Shown: piece by piece, positions 8,469 through 18,746 of the stretch | Position numbering within the stretch: the stretch's first letter is position 1 | How the letters are laid out: the number at the start of each line of letters is the position of its first letter | Origin: a virus | Virus record (IMG/VR): IMGVR_UViG_3300049491_001102 | Location: 1 to 64,000 of that record | Length of the DNA stretch: 64,000 nt | Strand: one strand, 5' to 3' | Notes under the pieces: model-generated | The model's database searches: none | What the model was told of the DNA's origin: nothing | What the model saw: only the letters and a program-made list of their open reading frames with translations | Position numbers and translations under genes: made by a program

Positions 8469-8756
8469 ATGAAGAAGCAAATCAACTTCCCCCTCGCCCT
8501 CGCAATCCTTGGCGCTCTCCTCATGCTTGCCGCGGCTCTTTTCGCTCTCGCCCCGCAAATCATCCGTCGATGGATTGAAATCCGCGACGCTTGGCATGAG
8601 GCCCAAACGGCCCAAGCCAGCCAGCGGGCGACGCGGGACTATCTTCTAGTCGTGGAAATGGCCGACCGGGCGAATCAGTTGAATGAAAGCCGGCGCGCGA
8701 TAGCGGACAACGAAAAATGGATTGCAAAGCTACGAGCGCAAAAAGTTTTGCAATAG
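8469..8756 (+). CDS. Membrane-anchored coiled-coil protein
   Basis: N-terminal TM helix; follows the promoter. Confidence 0.7.
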   Translation: MKKQINFPLALAILGALLMLAAALFALAPQIIRRWIEIRDAWHEAQTAQASQRATRDYLLVVEMADRANQLNESRRAIADNEKWIAKLRAQKVLQ

Positions 8757-8821
8757 GACTTGCGTGGCGGTTGGCGGCGTGTTACGCTAGTATCATGCTA
8801 GTCAAAGTTTCAAACCTAAAA

Positions 8822-8975
8822 CGCACGTATCCGCACCACAATACCTACGCACGCACGAGCGAACCCGCACACGTGAGCATGGACGCACACGCACATGAGA
8901 GCGCACGAGACGAAGTTCTCTTAAAGGACTTTTCCCGCTCAAATTTTTGGGGCCGCCGCGAGCTCACCCGCGCAC
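8822..8975 (+). repeat. Cluster of nine CGCAC pentamers
   Basis: At 8822, 8832, 8848, 8852, 8866, 8884, 8890, 8902 and 8971. Confidence 0.6.
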
Positions 8976-9000
8976 GTATGCCTGCGCGCGCCGGCGCTTA

Positions 9001-9420
9001 AAAATTTCCTAATATTCATACATATATTCTATAATATATGTACGAAAGTCTTGTAGACAATCTATATTGATTTCTAAGCTAAATGTGTAGAAAATCTGAA
9101 TAGACTTTGTAGAGATGTTTCTGTGTAAATCCAGATGAAAAACAGTCTGAATTTCTGGCAGAAATAGCGCGCATATTTGGCGGATAAATCTGCCAAGATT
9201 CATCCACATTTCTGGCTAAGATTTGCAGACGAATTCTGGCAGAAAAATCAGAACGAATCTGTACAGGATTCTGTACAGAAACGTGTAGACATTTAGCGGG
9301 CATTTACACTGCAAAACCGTAAAATAATGTCTAAACAAATAGTGGCGCGTGTACGCACCAATCTAATAAATAGAAAAAGAAAAGATTAAAAGAGGAAATG
9401 AAAGAGTAAAGGTGGCAGTT
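9001..9420. repeat. AT-rich non-coding region with ~11-13 bp phased degenerate repeats
   Basis: Units such as ATTTCTGGCAGA, AATTCTGGCAGAA, AATCTGTACAGG and ATTCTGTACAGA between ~9150 and 9305. Confidence 0.6.
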
Positions 9421-9454
9421 TACCGCAAAGCTTGCGCATAAACTGCATACTCAG

Positions 9455-9670
9455 TCATTTGCAGTCACATGTATTGGCCACGTTGGCGGCACGAACTTGT
9501 GGTGTCGAGCACTTAATAGCTCTCATACAGCCTTTGAGCGTGTCATTCGCTTGGGGCCAACAACGAGAATGTTTCATCGCGCACGCCGTCGGGCAGCACA
9601 CCTCTCGGACATCAGATTGGATACAGGCTGTTTCGAGTAGCAGGGCCAAAAGAATGGTCGTCATACTCAT
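9455..9670 (-). CDS. Small Cys-rich secreted or lipoprotein-like peptide
   Basis: Hydrophobic N-terminus, ETAC, nine Cys; GCTATTAAATG at start. Confidence 0.5.
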   Translation of the reverse strand: MSMTTILLALLLETACIQSDVREVCCPTACAMKHSRCWPQANDTLKGCMRAIKCSTPQVRAANVANTCDCK

Positions 9671-9686
9671 TTAATAGCTAAACGCT

Positions 9687-9713
9687 AACTTTATTCCACT
9701 CAAGCTATTAAAT
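9687..9713 (+). promoter_or_regulatory. Class-II promoter AACTTT-N11-GCTATTAAAT
   Basis: Full motif ending 5 nt before ATG 9719. Confidence 0.65.
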
Positions 9714-9718
9714 GTGGA

Positions 9719-10609
9719 ATGTTTGAGCGCGGGATCCATCGTTTTGAGCTCGACAAGTTTCGGTCTTCGCTCACCACCGATCGAAGCCTTCTCTACACCA
9801 TGGCCACACAACCGGCGAAAAATCCTGATTTCAAGGGACAACCGTACAATCTGCGCCCTTATGGTTCACTCCGGCTAACTGAAGAAGGAGTTCGCGGCTA
9901 TATACCGTCGCGATTGGAGACCTTAGGTAGCATCCAAGTCGAAGCTGTCGGCACACTCTTAGACGTGCTAGCCAACAATGACAGCCAGATGCACTTCAAC
10001 CCAGATGGCGTCGTGGTTTGTCCGCGCGCTCCTGAAAAAGTGCACCACAAACCGATGAAACGTGCCTATGGCTTTCATCTCGGTGATTTGAAGATCAGTG
10101 AAAAAGCGATCCGTTACCATCATCACGCAGCGCTAACCGTAGACGCTTCTGCCGTCTACGCGGCCATCTACATGTTGTATTGCTGGGGATTCATGACTTA
10201 CCAGCCAGACCTCAAAATAACGGCTGAACCGGTCGACTGCCCTACCGTGTTGTTTTTGTTCGGCAAGCATAGTGACACGGATTGGACGAACGATTTGGGC
10301 CAACCAACATGGTTCACCGTGATCCCCGTGCAGCGGGCCTCCTCACCCCCACAATCCAAAAACTGTATTGTTTGTGGCAAGTGGACCACAACAGACACGA
10401 ATTTAGTACCACTATGCAGTAGCGGGTGCAAAATTGACTTTCTTAACTGTAACTTTGTCATTCGCCATTTTGGCGGGCCAATGGGGTACAACACGTGCAT
10501 CATGTGCAATCGTCTGTTCTTACAAGATCGACGCGTTATGCGAGGATCGACTTGTGTCAAAGGATGCTCGTCGAAGTACCAAGAGGATGACCTCCAAGCA
10601 CTAAGGTAA
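9719..10609 (+). CDS. Hypothetical protein with C-terminal Zn-finger motifs
   Basis: CIVC..CSSGC, CIMC..CVKGC. Confidence 0.7.
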   Translation: MFERGIHRFELDKFRSSLTTDRSLLYTMATQPAKNPDFKGQPYNLRPYGSLRLTEEGVRGYIPSRLETLGSIQVEAVGTLLDVLANNDSQMHFNPDGVVVCPRAPEKVHHKPMKRAYGFHLGDLKISEKAIRYHHHAALTVDASAVYAAIYMLYCWGFMTYQPDLKITAEPVDCPTVLFLFGKHSDTDWTNDLGQPTWFTVIPVQRASSPPQSKNCIVCGKWTTTDTNLVPLCSSGCKIDFLNCNFVIRHFGGPMGYNTCIMCNRLFLQDRRVMRGSTCVKGCSSKYQEDDLQALR

Positions 10610-10611
10610 TT

Positions 10612-10944
10612 ATGACCAACTACAATATCTCGCCCATGCTTCTTCATTTGTCCCAACTTCCAACCAAACGAATAGCCGTCGTAACGATGACGGCGGCACT
10701 CACAAACAACATCTGCAGACAAATAAAAGCGTGCGCCGACAAACACACCCTAATTCCAATCGGTGTGTGCTCTGCCTGCACGGGTCATTATTTCGATGCG
10801 GTAGTTTGCGAGTTTACAACGGATCGAGCCAAAGAATGGTTCGAAAACGAAGTCTACCCGCGAATGTCCACTCCGGGACTAATCTACGAGCTTGTGGTCG
10901 TCCAAAGCGTAATTATTCAAAATGTGCGCGAAGTAGGGGCCTGA
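10612..10944 (+). CDS. Hypothetical protein
   Basis: ORF directly following the upstream gene. Confidence 0.55.
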   Translation: MTNYNISPMLLHLSQLPTKRIAVVTMTAALTNNICRQIKACADKHTLIPIGVCSACTGHYFDAVVCEFTTDRAKEWFENEVYPRMSTPGLIYELVVVQSVIIQNVREVGA

Positions 10945-11507
10945 TTGCCAACAGCATCCCACCCAGGGCTTGCTTCACGTGCAAATAGCTCTAAACGCTT
11001 GAGCGGTCCAAAAAGCTCCTCAATCTTCGTGCGCACCATTGCAGGCTTAGCACTGTGCTCGCGCCGAGACCCAGGAACCTCCTGGGTCACAAATTCACCG
11101 TCGTCCAAAATCCATGGCGTTTGTGCCTCTGTTTGCAGCGGAAATGGTCGCCCACGGCGAACATTCGTGTAGGCCACGACGAATTCTGTTTGCGATTTGA
11201 CCAACGTCGGGCGAGGGCCAACTGCGCCCACAAGTTTGCCCTCATTGGTCGTTTTGACCCAAACATAGGGCATCCCCACGTAACGCCAGCCGAACTTTTG
11301 GCGCCAAAACTCGTGCACGAGCATTTGCTGTGCGAGCAAAGGCGCTGTCACCCATGAAAAAAGGACGAAGCGATCGGCAGTGAACTCTGACCAATCAAAG
11401 TCGCGGATCTGCTCCCAAGACATCGTCTCGTACGGAAGTTTTGCTGTTCCATACGAAGAATAGGGCCAGGGAAAGTCTGCAAGAATAACTTCATACTTTT
11501 CAGGCAT
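10917..11507 (-). CDS. MT-A70 family adenine methyltransferase (motif DFPW)
   Basis: ILADFPW, YVWVKT, HSAKP, LELFARE..GWDAVGNQ. Confidence 0.88.
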   Translation of the reverse strand: MPEKYEVILADFPWPYSSYGTAKLPYETMSWEQIRDFDWSEFTADRFVLFSWVTAPLLAQQMLVHEFWRQKFGWRYVGMPYVWVKTTNEGKLVGAVGPRPTLVKSQTEFVVAYTNVRRGRPFPLQTEAQTPWILDDGEFVTQEVPGSRREHSAKPAMVRTKIEELFGPLKRLELFAREASPGWDAVGNQAPTSRTF

Positions 11508-11516
11508 AGTGACGAT

Positions 11517-11771
11517 TTACCGAACTTTTCGTCCTGCCGATACTACAGGAACAAATCGCTTCACAATCTTCTGCTTTGGCGGCCCGTCCCCGAGGTTACG
11601 CCCAATAGCACAGGAAGCATTGCAATAGTAAGAGCTGCCGTTGAGCCTAACCATTGAAGCATTCGATTTACCGCAGTTTGCACAACGAATAAGGGTTCGA
11701 TCAGACTCTGAGATTGTTTCGTGTGTTAGCGTACCAAGCCCGCTATAGTGAACGCTATGGTCTTTATTCAT
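11517..11771 (-). CDS. Small Zn-finger protein
   Basis: CANC...YYCNASC. Confidence 0.6.
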   Translation of the reverse strand: MNKDHSVHYSGLGTLTHETISESDRTLIRCANCGKSNASMVRLNGSSYYCNASCAIGRNLGDGPPKQKIVKRFVPVVSAGRKVR

Positions 11772-12244
11772 CGGCGAAGCTCTTTTACCACGACAAACGA
11801 TACCAAGCAGTCAACCGTACAAAACCGGATGAGCTGCGCTTCTTCGGTCATTTTTCGAACCAAATCTAACTCTGGAAAAACCGAATCCTTAACAAAGAAG
11901 AACTCTTGGCACTGAAAACACTTCAGTCGAATTTCTTCTGGTCTTTCCACAACGGCAGTGCACATAGGGCAACTCCGCTTTGGGAACATGAACTCAAGTT
12001 GTCGTGACCCAAGGCATAGTTTACATGTATCCCCAAAAGCTCGTTGATACGAGCAAGAAACTTGACAAACCTTCTGCAACGCTAAAAGATCATCCGCTGT
12101 CCATACCACGCGAGCCATCACACCACCATTAATCTCTTGCGCGTAAAACAGCTCAGCACCCTCGTCGAACTGTTTTTCCTGTCTCCGTTCTGCTTCCCAC
12201 TGGTCTCGCGGGAGCCATTTACTCTTTGATGACAGGGTAGACAT
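11768..12244 (-). CDS. Multi-CxxC Zn-finger protein
   Basis: CKLC, CPMC, CFQC, FCTVDC. Confidence 0.65.
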   Translation of the reverse strand: MSTLSSKSKWLPRDQWEAERRQEKQFDEGAELFYAQEINGGVMARVVWTADDLLALQKVCQVSCSYQRAFGDTCKLCLGSRQLEFMFPKRSCPMCTAVVERPEEIRLKCFQCQEFFFVKDSVFPELDLVRKMTEEAQLIRFCTVDCLVSFVVVKELRR

Positions 12245-12593
12245 TGGGCTGCTTCACGAATTCAGCCTGAACATAGGATCCGGCACTCTTCGCCGCAGAT
12301 AATGATTCGACAGCTTGTGGTGACACGCCGTGATAAATGTAAGATCCGCTTGGAAACGTGATGCGAAGTCTCGCGGTCACCCGGTGGTATTCTGCACCCT
12401 TAACATTCGATGATGCAGCTATATTCACGGGCGACCAGAACATCCCATTCAAGTTGCTTATCGCCATGGGGAGCTCAAGGGCCAAATCAAGAGCTTCCTG
12501 CAATGTCATGCGAATGTCTCCGTCTTCTGCACTCGAAATCACAATCGAGCTTTTTGGGAGTGTTTCGCCGCGGAGTAACCGGATTGATGCCAC
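12219..12593 (-). CDS. KTSC domain protein
   Basis: SSNVKGAEY...LRITFPSGSYIYHGVS......L.AAKSAGSY. Confidence 0.8.
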   Translation of the reverse strand: MASIRLLRGETLPKSSIVISSAEDGDIRMTLQEALDLALELPMAISNLNGMFWSPVNIAASSNVKGAEYHRVTARLRITFPSGSYIYHGVSPQAVESLSAAKSAGSYVQAEFVKQPNVYPVIKE

Positions 12594-12597
12594 GTAC

Positions 12598-12623
12598 TTT
12601 TATAGCAAGAGAACAAAAAAGTT
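12598..12623 (-). promoter_or_regulatory. Class-II promoter AACTTT-N11-GCTATAAAA
   Basis: Motif ending 4 nt before GTG 12593. Confidence 0.55.
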
Positions 12624-12625
12624 CT

Positions 12626-13459
12626 CTAAGCGCTCTGCACGTGGTCAAAATCCTGCGATTCCTCATCGCCCTCAAACTCGTCCCCATCGTCGGACAAGAT
12701 GTCTTCTTGAGGAGATGCTTGGCCCACGTCGAAGACTTTCGGAGCTTCAGGTAGCTGCCCACGAGCCTGAGCGCGTGCGAGTCGTGCTGCGCTTCGCCCC
12801 GTGGACTCGATCACTTGCTGCGCTTCTTCGACCGTCATGCCGCCCGCCACCTTTTTGATGTTAGTGGCCTCAGCTACAGCTTGCTGCAGCTCCTGCGCAA
12901 TCCGTGCAGATTCGTTGGCGAAATGACCCGTGTGCATCAAGACACGGAGCAAACTCGCCGCTTCTCGGGGACTCGGACAATAAGCGGGGTCATCCAGCGC
13001 CCGCGAAACGCGAGCGGCTAGCCCGACAGCACCGTTGAGAATGTGGGCTGTGACCGCAAGACCAGCCATTGCATTCGACATAGCGCCACGGACCATTTCA
13101 ACGTTGGCCATCTGCGCTTCCAGTAGTTGACGCTCAACAGACGCCACCATGTCTGTTCGAGACCGCTGATCGGTCTTCATCTTGTCAAGCTCCGTCATAG
13201 CAGCCCGTAGCTCACGAGCGACGGTGTCAGCTATTGGTTCACGAAGATTTCCATCAACTGTGATGCCCTTATCGAAAGCTTTTCGTGCAGTTCCATAACT
13301 TACACCCGCTGATCTTGCTGCCGCCGTATGATCGGTTAGAGACGTCCTGTACGACAGTAGAAGCCGATTAAACTGGTCCTGCGTGACGCGCATCCCACGC
13401 AAACGACCCGAAAAATGTGGCGATTTAACATCGGTTGAGTCCATGCGTTTTACCCTCAA
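12626..13459 (-). CDS. N-terminal HTH, helical protein with acidic tail; possible terminase small subunit
   Basis: HTAAARSAGVSYGTARK HTH followed by coiled coil; start uncertain. Confidence 0.45.
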   Translation of the reverse strand: MRVKRMDSTDVKSPHFSGRLRGMRVTQDQFNRLLLSYRTSLTDHTAAARSAGVSYGTARKAFDKGITVDGNLREPIADTVARELRAAMTELDKMKTDQRSRTDMVASVERQLLEAQMANVEMVRGAMSNAMAGLAVTAHILNGAVGLAARVSRALDDPAYCPSPREAASLLRVLMHTGHFANESARIAQELQQAVAEATNIKKVAGGMTVEEAQQVIESTGRSAARLARAQARGQLPEAPKVFDVGQASPQEDILSDDGDEFEGDEESQDFDHVQSA

Positions 13460-13597
13460 TCTGCGGTCACTTGTCTAAAATAGCTGACTTTCACGTTTTT
13501 TCGTGACTGTTCGCAAACCCATGAAAATAGAGCTGTTCTCCATGGTTTTTGCAAGCAAACCTTGACCAAATTTGGGGATCTACCCCCAAACTTGCAA

Positions 13598-13858
13598 CTA
13601 CATCGCCGCTTCCGCCTCTTGCGCTTGCCGCTCGCGGTCCTCATTGAAGAGAACGAACTCCACCATGCGGGCATCGGTGACGTAACCTGGGCGCTGGCTG
13701 CGGTCGCGATGCCACTCCATGGTGAGGTCTTTCGCGGGAATGTTGAGTCCTGACGGGTGACGCGTCGGTAGGCAGAACAGACACCATTGCTTCGGCTTTA
13801 CTCCAGGCTCTGAAGCGGTTCCTTTACAATGCGGGCACTTGTTCCATTTGCTGGCCAT
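13598..13858 (-). CDS. Small Zn-finger protein
   Basis: CPHCKG...CLFC. Confidence 0.55.
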   Translation of the reverse strand: MASKWNKCPHCKGTASEPGVKPKQWCLFCLPTRHPSGLNIPAKDLTMEWHRDRSQRPGYVTDARMVEFVLFNEDRERQAQEAEAAM

Positions 13859-14573
13859 GTTGTCTCACTTCCGTAAAAATGTGCTTGTAGTGATTTGGAG
13901 ACTGTCCACCAAACTCTACGAGTAAAACAGCAGAATCCATGTGACTAAAGTTGAACGTCACAAACCCGGGACAAACTTTTGCCGTCTCCGCCAACTCCTC
14001 CAACACCCGGGGCTGCATCGCCACTTGCGTTGGGGATCCGTGGTTTCCACGCTCGAATAGCGCCCAAAGTTCGTTGTCCGGATTGATCGTCGCATCCGCG
14101 CGATTGGCCAAGGCTTGAATTACGTTTGCATCCTTGTAAGCCAAATTTCTGTTCTCGACCGGCTTACCTTGCAAGATGAATGTGTGATCCATGTCGACTC
14201 GGTCCCAACCCGGGTCCTTTGGCAGCTCACAGTTGATTCGCATCAAGTGAGTTAATCCCTCCTCAAAGCGAAGAAAGACAAAAGTGTCTTTCTTCGACCC
14301 CTTCATCACGTCTTTGAACTTGAGAACTCCCTGCGAAGTCACAAACTCAGTAATGTTGTGCGGAAAAAACGCGGAGTAGTACCCAGCCCGAACGGTTGTC
14401 GCCAGAACTGCGTGCGCTGGCGCAACAGCGGCGATGCTCGTTTCGTTCACATAGATCTTGCCTGCGAAAGGCCCTGCTTTGCCTATTTCGTGCAAATGCA
14501 ACATCTCATCCCTTGAAAGGACAAATGTTGAGTGGAACAAACCGTCTGGCCAAGCAATCGTTTTGAGCATCAT
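13824..14573 (-). CDS. Hypothetical protein, possibly a divergent DNA sliding clamp (beta-like)
   Basis: SRDE...IYVNETSIAAV and VAMQPRVLEEL...VTFNFSHMDSAVLL resemble DnaN patterns; replication context. Confidence 0.4.
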   Translation of the reverse strand: MMLKTIAWPDGLFHSTFVLSRDEMLHLHEIGKAGPFAGKIYVNETSIAAVAPAHAVLATTVRAGYYSAFFPHNITEFVTSQGVLKFKDVMKGSKKDTFVFLRFEEGLTHLMRINCELPKDPGWDRVDMDHTFILQGKPVENRNLAYKDANVIQALANRADATINPDNELWALFERGNHGSPTQVAMQPRVLEELAETAKVCPGFVTFNFSHMDSAVLLVEFGGQSPNHYKHIFTEVRQHGQQMEQVPAL

Positions 14574-16306
14574 GCGGCCACCGGCTTCTTCATAGAGTAG
14601 ATGACGTCTGGCTTGAGTTTGAACTTTAGCTTCTCATTGTGACTGATCACGACAACCGCGCGCTTCTCCGCGACGGATTGGATGAGCTCGATCGCCGCTT
14701 CGACCCCGACATCGTCAACGCCGTCGAAGACTTCGTCGAGCCAGAGGGTGCCAAGCGTGGCCGAGCCGCCATGGATGAGCTCGGTCACTTCGGCGAATCC
14801 AAAAAGGAAAGCCAGGTCCACGCGCAGACGTTCGCCCGTCGACAGGTCAACGTACTCGTCGCCCGCATCCCGCCCGTGAATCTTGAGCGAAATTGCCGAC
14901 TGCGTTGCTTTGGCATCCTCGTCATAAGCTTTGAGCTCAACCCGCAACTTCGGGTCCATAAGCGCCAGCCATCGGTTGGTCACCATTTCGATCGAGCCGA
15001 GAACGTCGCCCAGCAACTGCGCGCGCAAACCTTTGGGACCCAAAAGCCAAGCCCCAGCATTCGCTACGGCAGTTTTGCGCTGCGCATCCGCAAGTTCGGC
15101 TTTCAGCCGGTTCACGAGGTCATTGGCGTCGCGCGATTTCTGGTCGGCCGAAGCCACCAACTCGGTCCATTGCTGCCGATTGGCGGTGTGTTGCAGGTCG
15201 GCTTGTTTGTAATTCGCGATGTCGGCCGCCAACCGAACCCCTTCATTCTGGGTTTCGTTGTACCGGCGGCGCACGTCATCGATGAGAATCTGCAACGCGG
15301 CTCGATCCGCCTCGATGCTGGCTTTGCTCGCCAAATCCTGTGTTTGCGCTGCTACTGCGTTCGTTTGGTGCTGTTGGACGCGACTTTGCGCTGCAGAAAC
15401 CTGCCCTTGCAGGTCGACAACCATCGTTTCGGGAATCGGCTGCGCGCACGTGGGGCAGTTACCCTGCCCCAACAAAGTCACGCGGGCATTTGCTTGGTGC
15501 AGCTCCGAGGCAAACGTGGCTGCATCACCGGATCGCCGGAGCGCGTGCGCATCGATGAGCGCTCGCTGCTGGTCCAAAGGTGCAAACTTGGCACGCAAAG
15601 CTTGCTCCTCCGCCTGCAACTTTGTGCACAAATCCCGCAATTGCTGCAGATCGGTGTCCTCTCCGGGACACACGGGGGCCATCAAGGCCGCTAATCCTTG
15701 CTGGGCATTAGCCACATCGCGAGCCACCACGGCCAACTGATTTTGGGCCACGGCCAGCGCCGCCTGCTTCTCGCCGGCGAGTCGGGCAAACGCTTTTTCC
15801 TTCTCCTGCGCTTTAGCGTGAGCCACCGAGTAATCCCCGACGGCCACCAGCTCCTCAAGCAACGCACGACGCTCACTGTCGAGCGCTTCCGTGAATCGTG
15901 CTGCGCTTTTGCTGCTGAAGTAGCAACACCGTTTCCACACATCAAAGGATCCGTTATCCAGTACAAACTGGTCGAGAGCCTTTGTTGGCGTCGGGAAGCT
16001 CACCGTTTGCCCCCGCAAACTGTAGGTCAACCCCAGGGTTCCGCTCGCGGTGCAAGTGCGCTGCGCATCAAGTCCATCGTATGTCTCGACGCGGACGAGA
16101 CCCTTTTTCTTCGCGACGAAACCTCGATTCCTCCGCGACTTTGGAGCGCGCAAACTGGCGTTGTAAAGCGAGGCAACACCTTCGGGTACCGTCGATTTCC
16201 CAGACCCATTTGGTCCCTCGAACAACGTGATGCCCGTTTCGCCGATCTCAAAGTCGCGATTTTCGTGCACCATGTAATTCTCAAAGTGAACTTTGCGAAC
16301 TCGCAT
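14570..16306 (-). CDS. sbcC: SbcC/Rad50/gp46-like ATPase
   Basis: Walker A GPNGSGKS, coiled coil with CPTC Zn-hook, LSTGE signature, LWLDE Walker B, ISH. Confidence 0.92.
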   Translation of the reverse strand: MRVRKVHFENYMVHENRDFEIGETGITLFEGPNGSGKSTVPEGVASLYNASLRAPKSRRNRGFVAKKKGLVRVETYDGLDAQRTCTASGTLGLTYSLRGQTVSFPTPTKALDQFVLDNGSFDVWKRCCYFSSKSAARFTEALDSERRALLEELVAVGDYSVAHAKAQEKEKAFARLAGEKQAALAVAQNQLAVVARDVANAQQGLAALMAPVCPGEDTDLQQLRDLCTKLQAEEQALRAKFAPLDQQRALIDAHALRRSGDAATFASELHQANARVTLLGQGNCPTCAQPIPETMVVDLQGQVSAAQSRVQQHQTNAVAAQTQDLASKASIEADRAALQILIDDVRRRYNETQNEGVRLAADIANYKQADLQHTANRQQWTELVASADQKSRDANDLVNRLKAELADAQRKTAVANAGAWLLGPKGLRAQLLGDVLGSIEMVTNRWLALMDPKLRVELKAYDEDAKATQSAISLKIHGRDAGDEYVDLSTGERLRVDLAFLFGFAEVTELIHGGSATLGTLWLDEVFDGVDDVGVEAAIELIQSVAEKRAVVVISHNEKLKFKLKPDVIYSMKKPVAA

Positions 16307-17472
16307 CACAGCACCCCTTTCACGCATTCAAGCACAAATTCTCTAACCTCTTCGCGTGTGACCTCAGGCGGAATTGGAGCTTTGTCGATGTAGCTCCGCA
16401 AAACATCGATTCGCGATGCTGGTTGGGTGGCCGCACGAATCGTCGTCGTCGCGTTCTCCCGCACCACTTCCGCTTGCACGGTCACTTCGCCCGCACGCAC
16501 CCACGAACGCTTCACCATCAAATCGAGAATGCCGCGCGCCGTTTCCTGTTCATCCGGACGCACTTTTGCCGCAACATAAAGCGGTGCGCAATGGTCCAGT
16601 ATTGAGTACGGAACATTCTCGCCTTCATGCGATAGGTCCCAAAGCAACTCCTCCAATTTTGCGAAATCCACGGTGAGCCACCGCGGTCCGGGAATCTCCA
16701 CAAAATGGAACGAATTAGTTGCGGTATCCCACTCGGCCAAGCTGCCGAACCCGGCTAACCCACCGTCGCTAAATCGCACGGGTGCCAACGTGCCAACCTG
16801 CACAACATGCCGTTGCACCGAATCCGTCCACGACCACCGCCGCTGACAATGCCAGTTGCCGGCGACAACACACCGAACATCGTACTTCGCCATCAACCGT
16901 TGGAGTGTGCCGATCGAAACCGAATCGTTGGCACCGTCGAGGTAGTATGGGGTTTGCGTGTCCGAGACCCCCAAGTGAATCATCATCGCCTTGATGCCCA
17001 CAACACCAGCCCCGGCCACACCAGCGTCGAGCATCGCCGATTCCAACCAATCCTCAGCACGGCCGGGTCGGAATGGAATCGAGAAGAGTCGTGCAGATGT
17101 GGGGCCAACTCCAAGATTGGAATGCCCTGGCTTCTCGTGGACGATCGCTACATTTTTGAGCGGCGACAAAGCGTTGTGGTTTAGTTCGCCTGAAGTTTGA
17201 TCGTGATTTCCAACGATGAACTCCCATTGAAGTCTACTATTCAGGATTAAATCCTGCATCGCTGTTTCAATCGCGGGTTCAACCCGATCGTAGTCGAAGA
17301 CATCGCCGGCAACGCAAATGTGCTCGCATCCGTCTTTGCGCGCCCGCTCAACTGCGCGCTGAATTGTGGCGAGCGTATCCCGGCAACGCACATTTAGCCC
17401 GTACACCAAGGGGCCATCCCCAAAGCGAGCATGGTTGCCCACATGGGGATCCGTAAAAAATGCAACCCTCAC
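16306..17472 (-). CDS. sbcD: SbcD/Mre11/gp47-like nuclease
   Basis: DPH, GDVFD, GNHD, GNWH metallophosphoesterase motifs. Confidence 0.9.
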   Translation of the reverse strand: MRVAFFTDPHVGNHARFGDGPLVYGLNVRCRDTLATIQRAVERARKDGCEHICVAGDVFDYDRVEPAIETAMQDLILNSRLQWEFIVGNHDQTSGELNHNALSPLKNVAIVHEKPGHSNLGVGPTSARLFSIPFRPGRAEDWLESAMLDAGVAGAGVVGIKAMMIHLGVSDTQTPYYLDGANDSVSIGTLQRLMAKYDVRCVVAGNWHCQRRWSWTDSVQRHVVQVGTLAPVRFSDGGLAGFGSLAEWDTATNSFHFVEIPGPRWLTVDFAKLEELLWDLSHEGENVPYSILDHCAPLYVAAKVRPDEQETARGILDLMVKRSWVRAGEVTVQAEVVRENATTTIRAATQPASRIDVLRSYIDKAPIPPEVTREEVREFVLECVKGVL

Positions 17473-18692
17473 GCCTCACCTCGCGAGCGCCGTCGCTTTT
17501 GTGCGGGCGCCTCCGATACCTCGCTGGATTCTTCTTGTGGCAAGGGTTCAACGGGTGGGGCAACCGCGGGAACTGACGGGGCAATAAATGCAGCCACCAT
17601 GTCAGCCATGTCCGTTGGCGCACCTGCCCGCGCTGCGCTGCGCTCTCGGGGTGGCGCATCGGGAATCACATCTTCACTCTTTGCCACGATATCCGTGGTC
17701 GCCAGCTTGGCCCGCACTGCCACTTCCAATTGTCCCTGCAATACAGGGTCAGCTTTCAATGCAGCCACAAAGTTCGGCTTGCCGTGAAAGCGGGCAGTAC
17801 CAAATGCGAACCAAGCTCCCGCCTTACCAATGAGTCCGGATTCGACTCCTAACTCGAAACACTCCGCTGCGCGGCAAACCCCAGATCCATAAACAAGATC
17901 GTACTCAGCCTCGCGGAAGGGAGGAGCGACCTTGTTTTTGACGACTTTAACCTTGGTGCGCGACCCCGTTGGGTCCGAATCATCGCCCGCACCCTTAACT
18001 TTTCCAATTCGCCGCACGTCCAATCGGACAGACGCATAAAACTTCAGTGCATTTCCGCCAGTTGTTGTCTCTGGGCTGCCAAACATCACACCAATTTTCA
18101 TGCGAATCTGATTGATGAAGATCAACAATGCCTTCTTTTGACTCACGGGGCCCGTAAGCATCCGCATCGTTTGACTCATCATCCGCGCCTGCAGACCAAC
18201 ATGAGAATCCCCAATATCACCTTCGAGCTCAGCTTTTGGGACCAATGCAGCCACGGAGTCGACCACGATAACTTTGACCTCGCCGGAGTCGATGAGTTTT
18301 TTAACAATGTCGAGGGCTTGCTCCCCGTTGTCCGGTTGCGACAGGATGAGGTTATCCGTGTCCACACCCAGATTTCTGGCATATCGGACATCAAGTGCAT
18401 GTTCTGCGTCAATGAACGCGCACGTGTAACCCTGCGCTTGTGCATCCGCTAACGCTTGCAGACACAAAGTTGTCTTGCCTGACGACTCCGGCCCAAAAAC
18501 TTCGACGATACGACCCATCGGCAAGCCGCCAACCCCGATCGCTGCGTCTACGCCGATTGACCCCGTGGACACCACGTCGAGATTGGCGACGGGTGGCCTG
18601 TCCTTCAACTTGGCGATCGTGCCTATGCCGTACTCTTTGTTGATGGCTGCAAGAATTGCGACCAAACCTGGACTTGTTGCTGTTTGCTTCAT
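17469..18692 (-). CDS. recA: RecA recombinase with ~60-aa disordered C-terminal extension
   Basis: [45 protein letters not shown]. Confidence 0.98.
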   Translation of the reverse strand: MKQTATSPGLVAILAAINKEYGIGTIAKLKDRPPVANLDVVSTGSIGVDAAIGVGGLPMGRIVEVFGPESSGKTTLCLQALADAQAQGYTCAFIDAEHALDVRYARNLGVDTDNLILSQPDNGEQALDIVKKLIDSGEVKVIVVDSVAALVPKAELEGDIGDSHVGLQARMMSQTMRMLTGPVSQKKALLIFINQIRMKIGVMFGSPETTTGGNALKFYASVRLDVRRIGKVKGAGDDSDPTGSRTKVKVVKNKVAPPFREAEYDLVYGSGVCRAAECFELGVESGLIGKAGAWFAFGTARFHGKPNFVAALKADPVLQGQLEVAVRAKLATTDIVAKSEDVIPDAPPRERSAARAGAPTDMADMVAAFIAPSVPAVAPPVEPLPQEESSEVSEAPAQKRRRSRGEA

Positions 18693-18696
18693 GAAT

Positions 18697-18717
18697 AAAA
18701 AAGCCCCGTTAGGGGCT
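18697..18717 (-). terminator. Intrinsic terminator between ssb and recA
   Basis: AGCCCC-TAAC-GGGGCT followed by TTTTT. Confidence 0.7.
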
Positions 18718-18746
18718 CCTCCGCTTTTATGGATTCCGGATCAGGT

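Noticed and set aside
9009-9303. ORFs in the AT-rich repeat region
   Set aside because: Peptides merely reflect the DNA repeats, with no RBS or operon context
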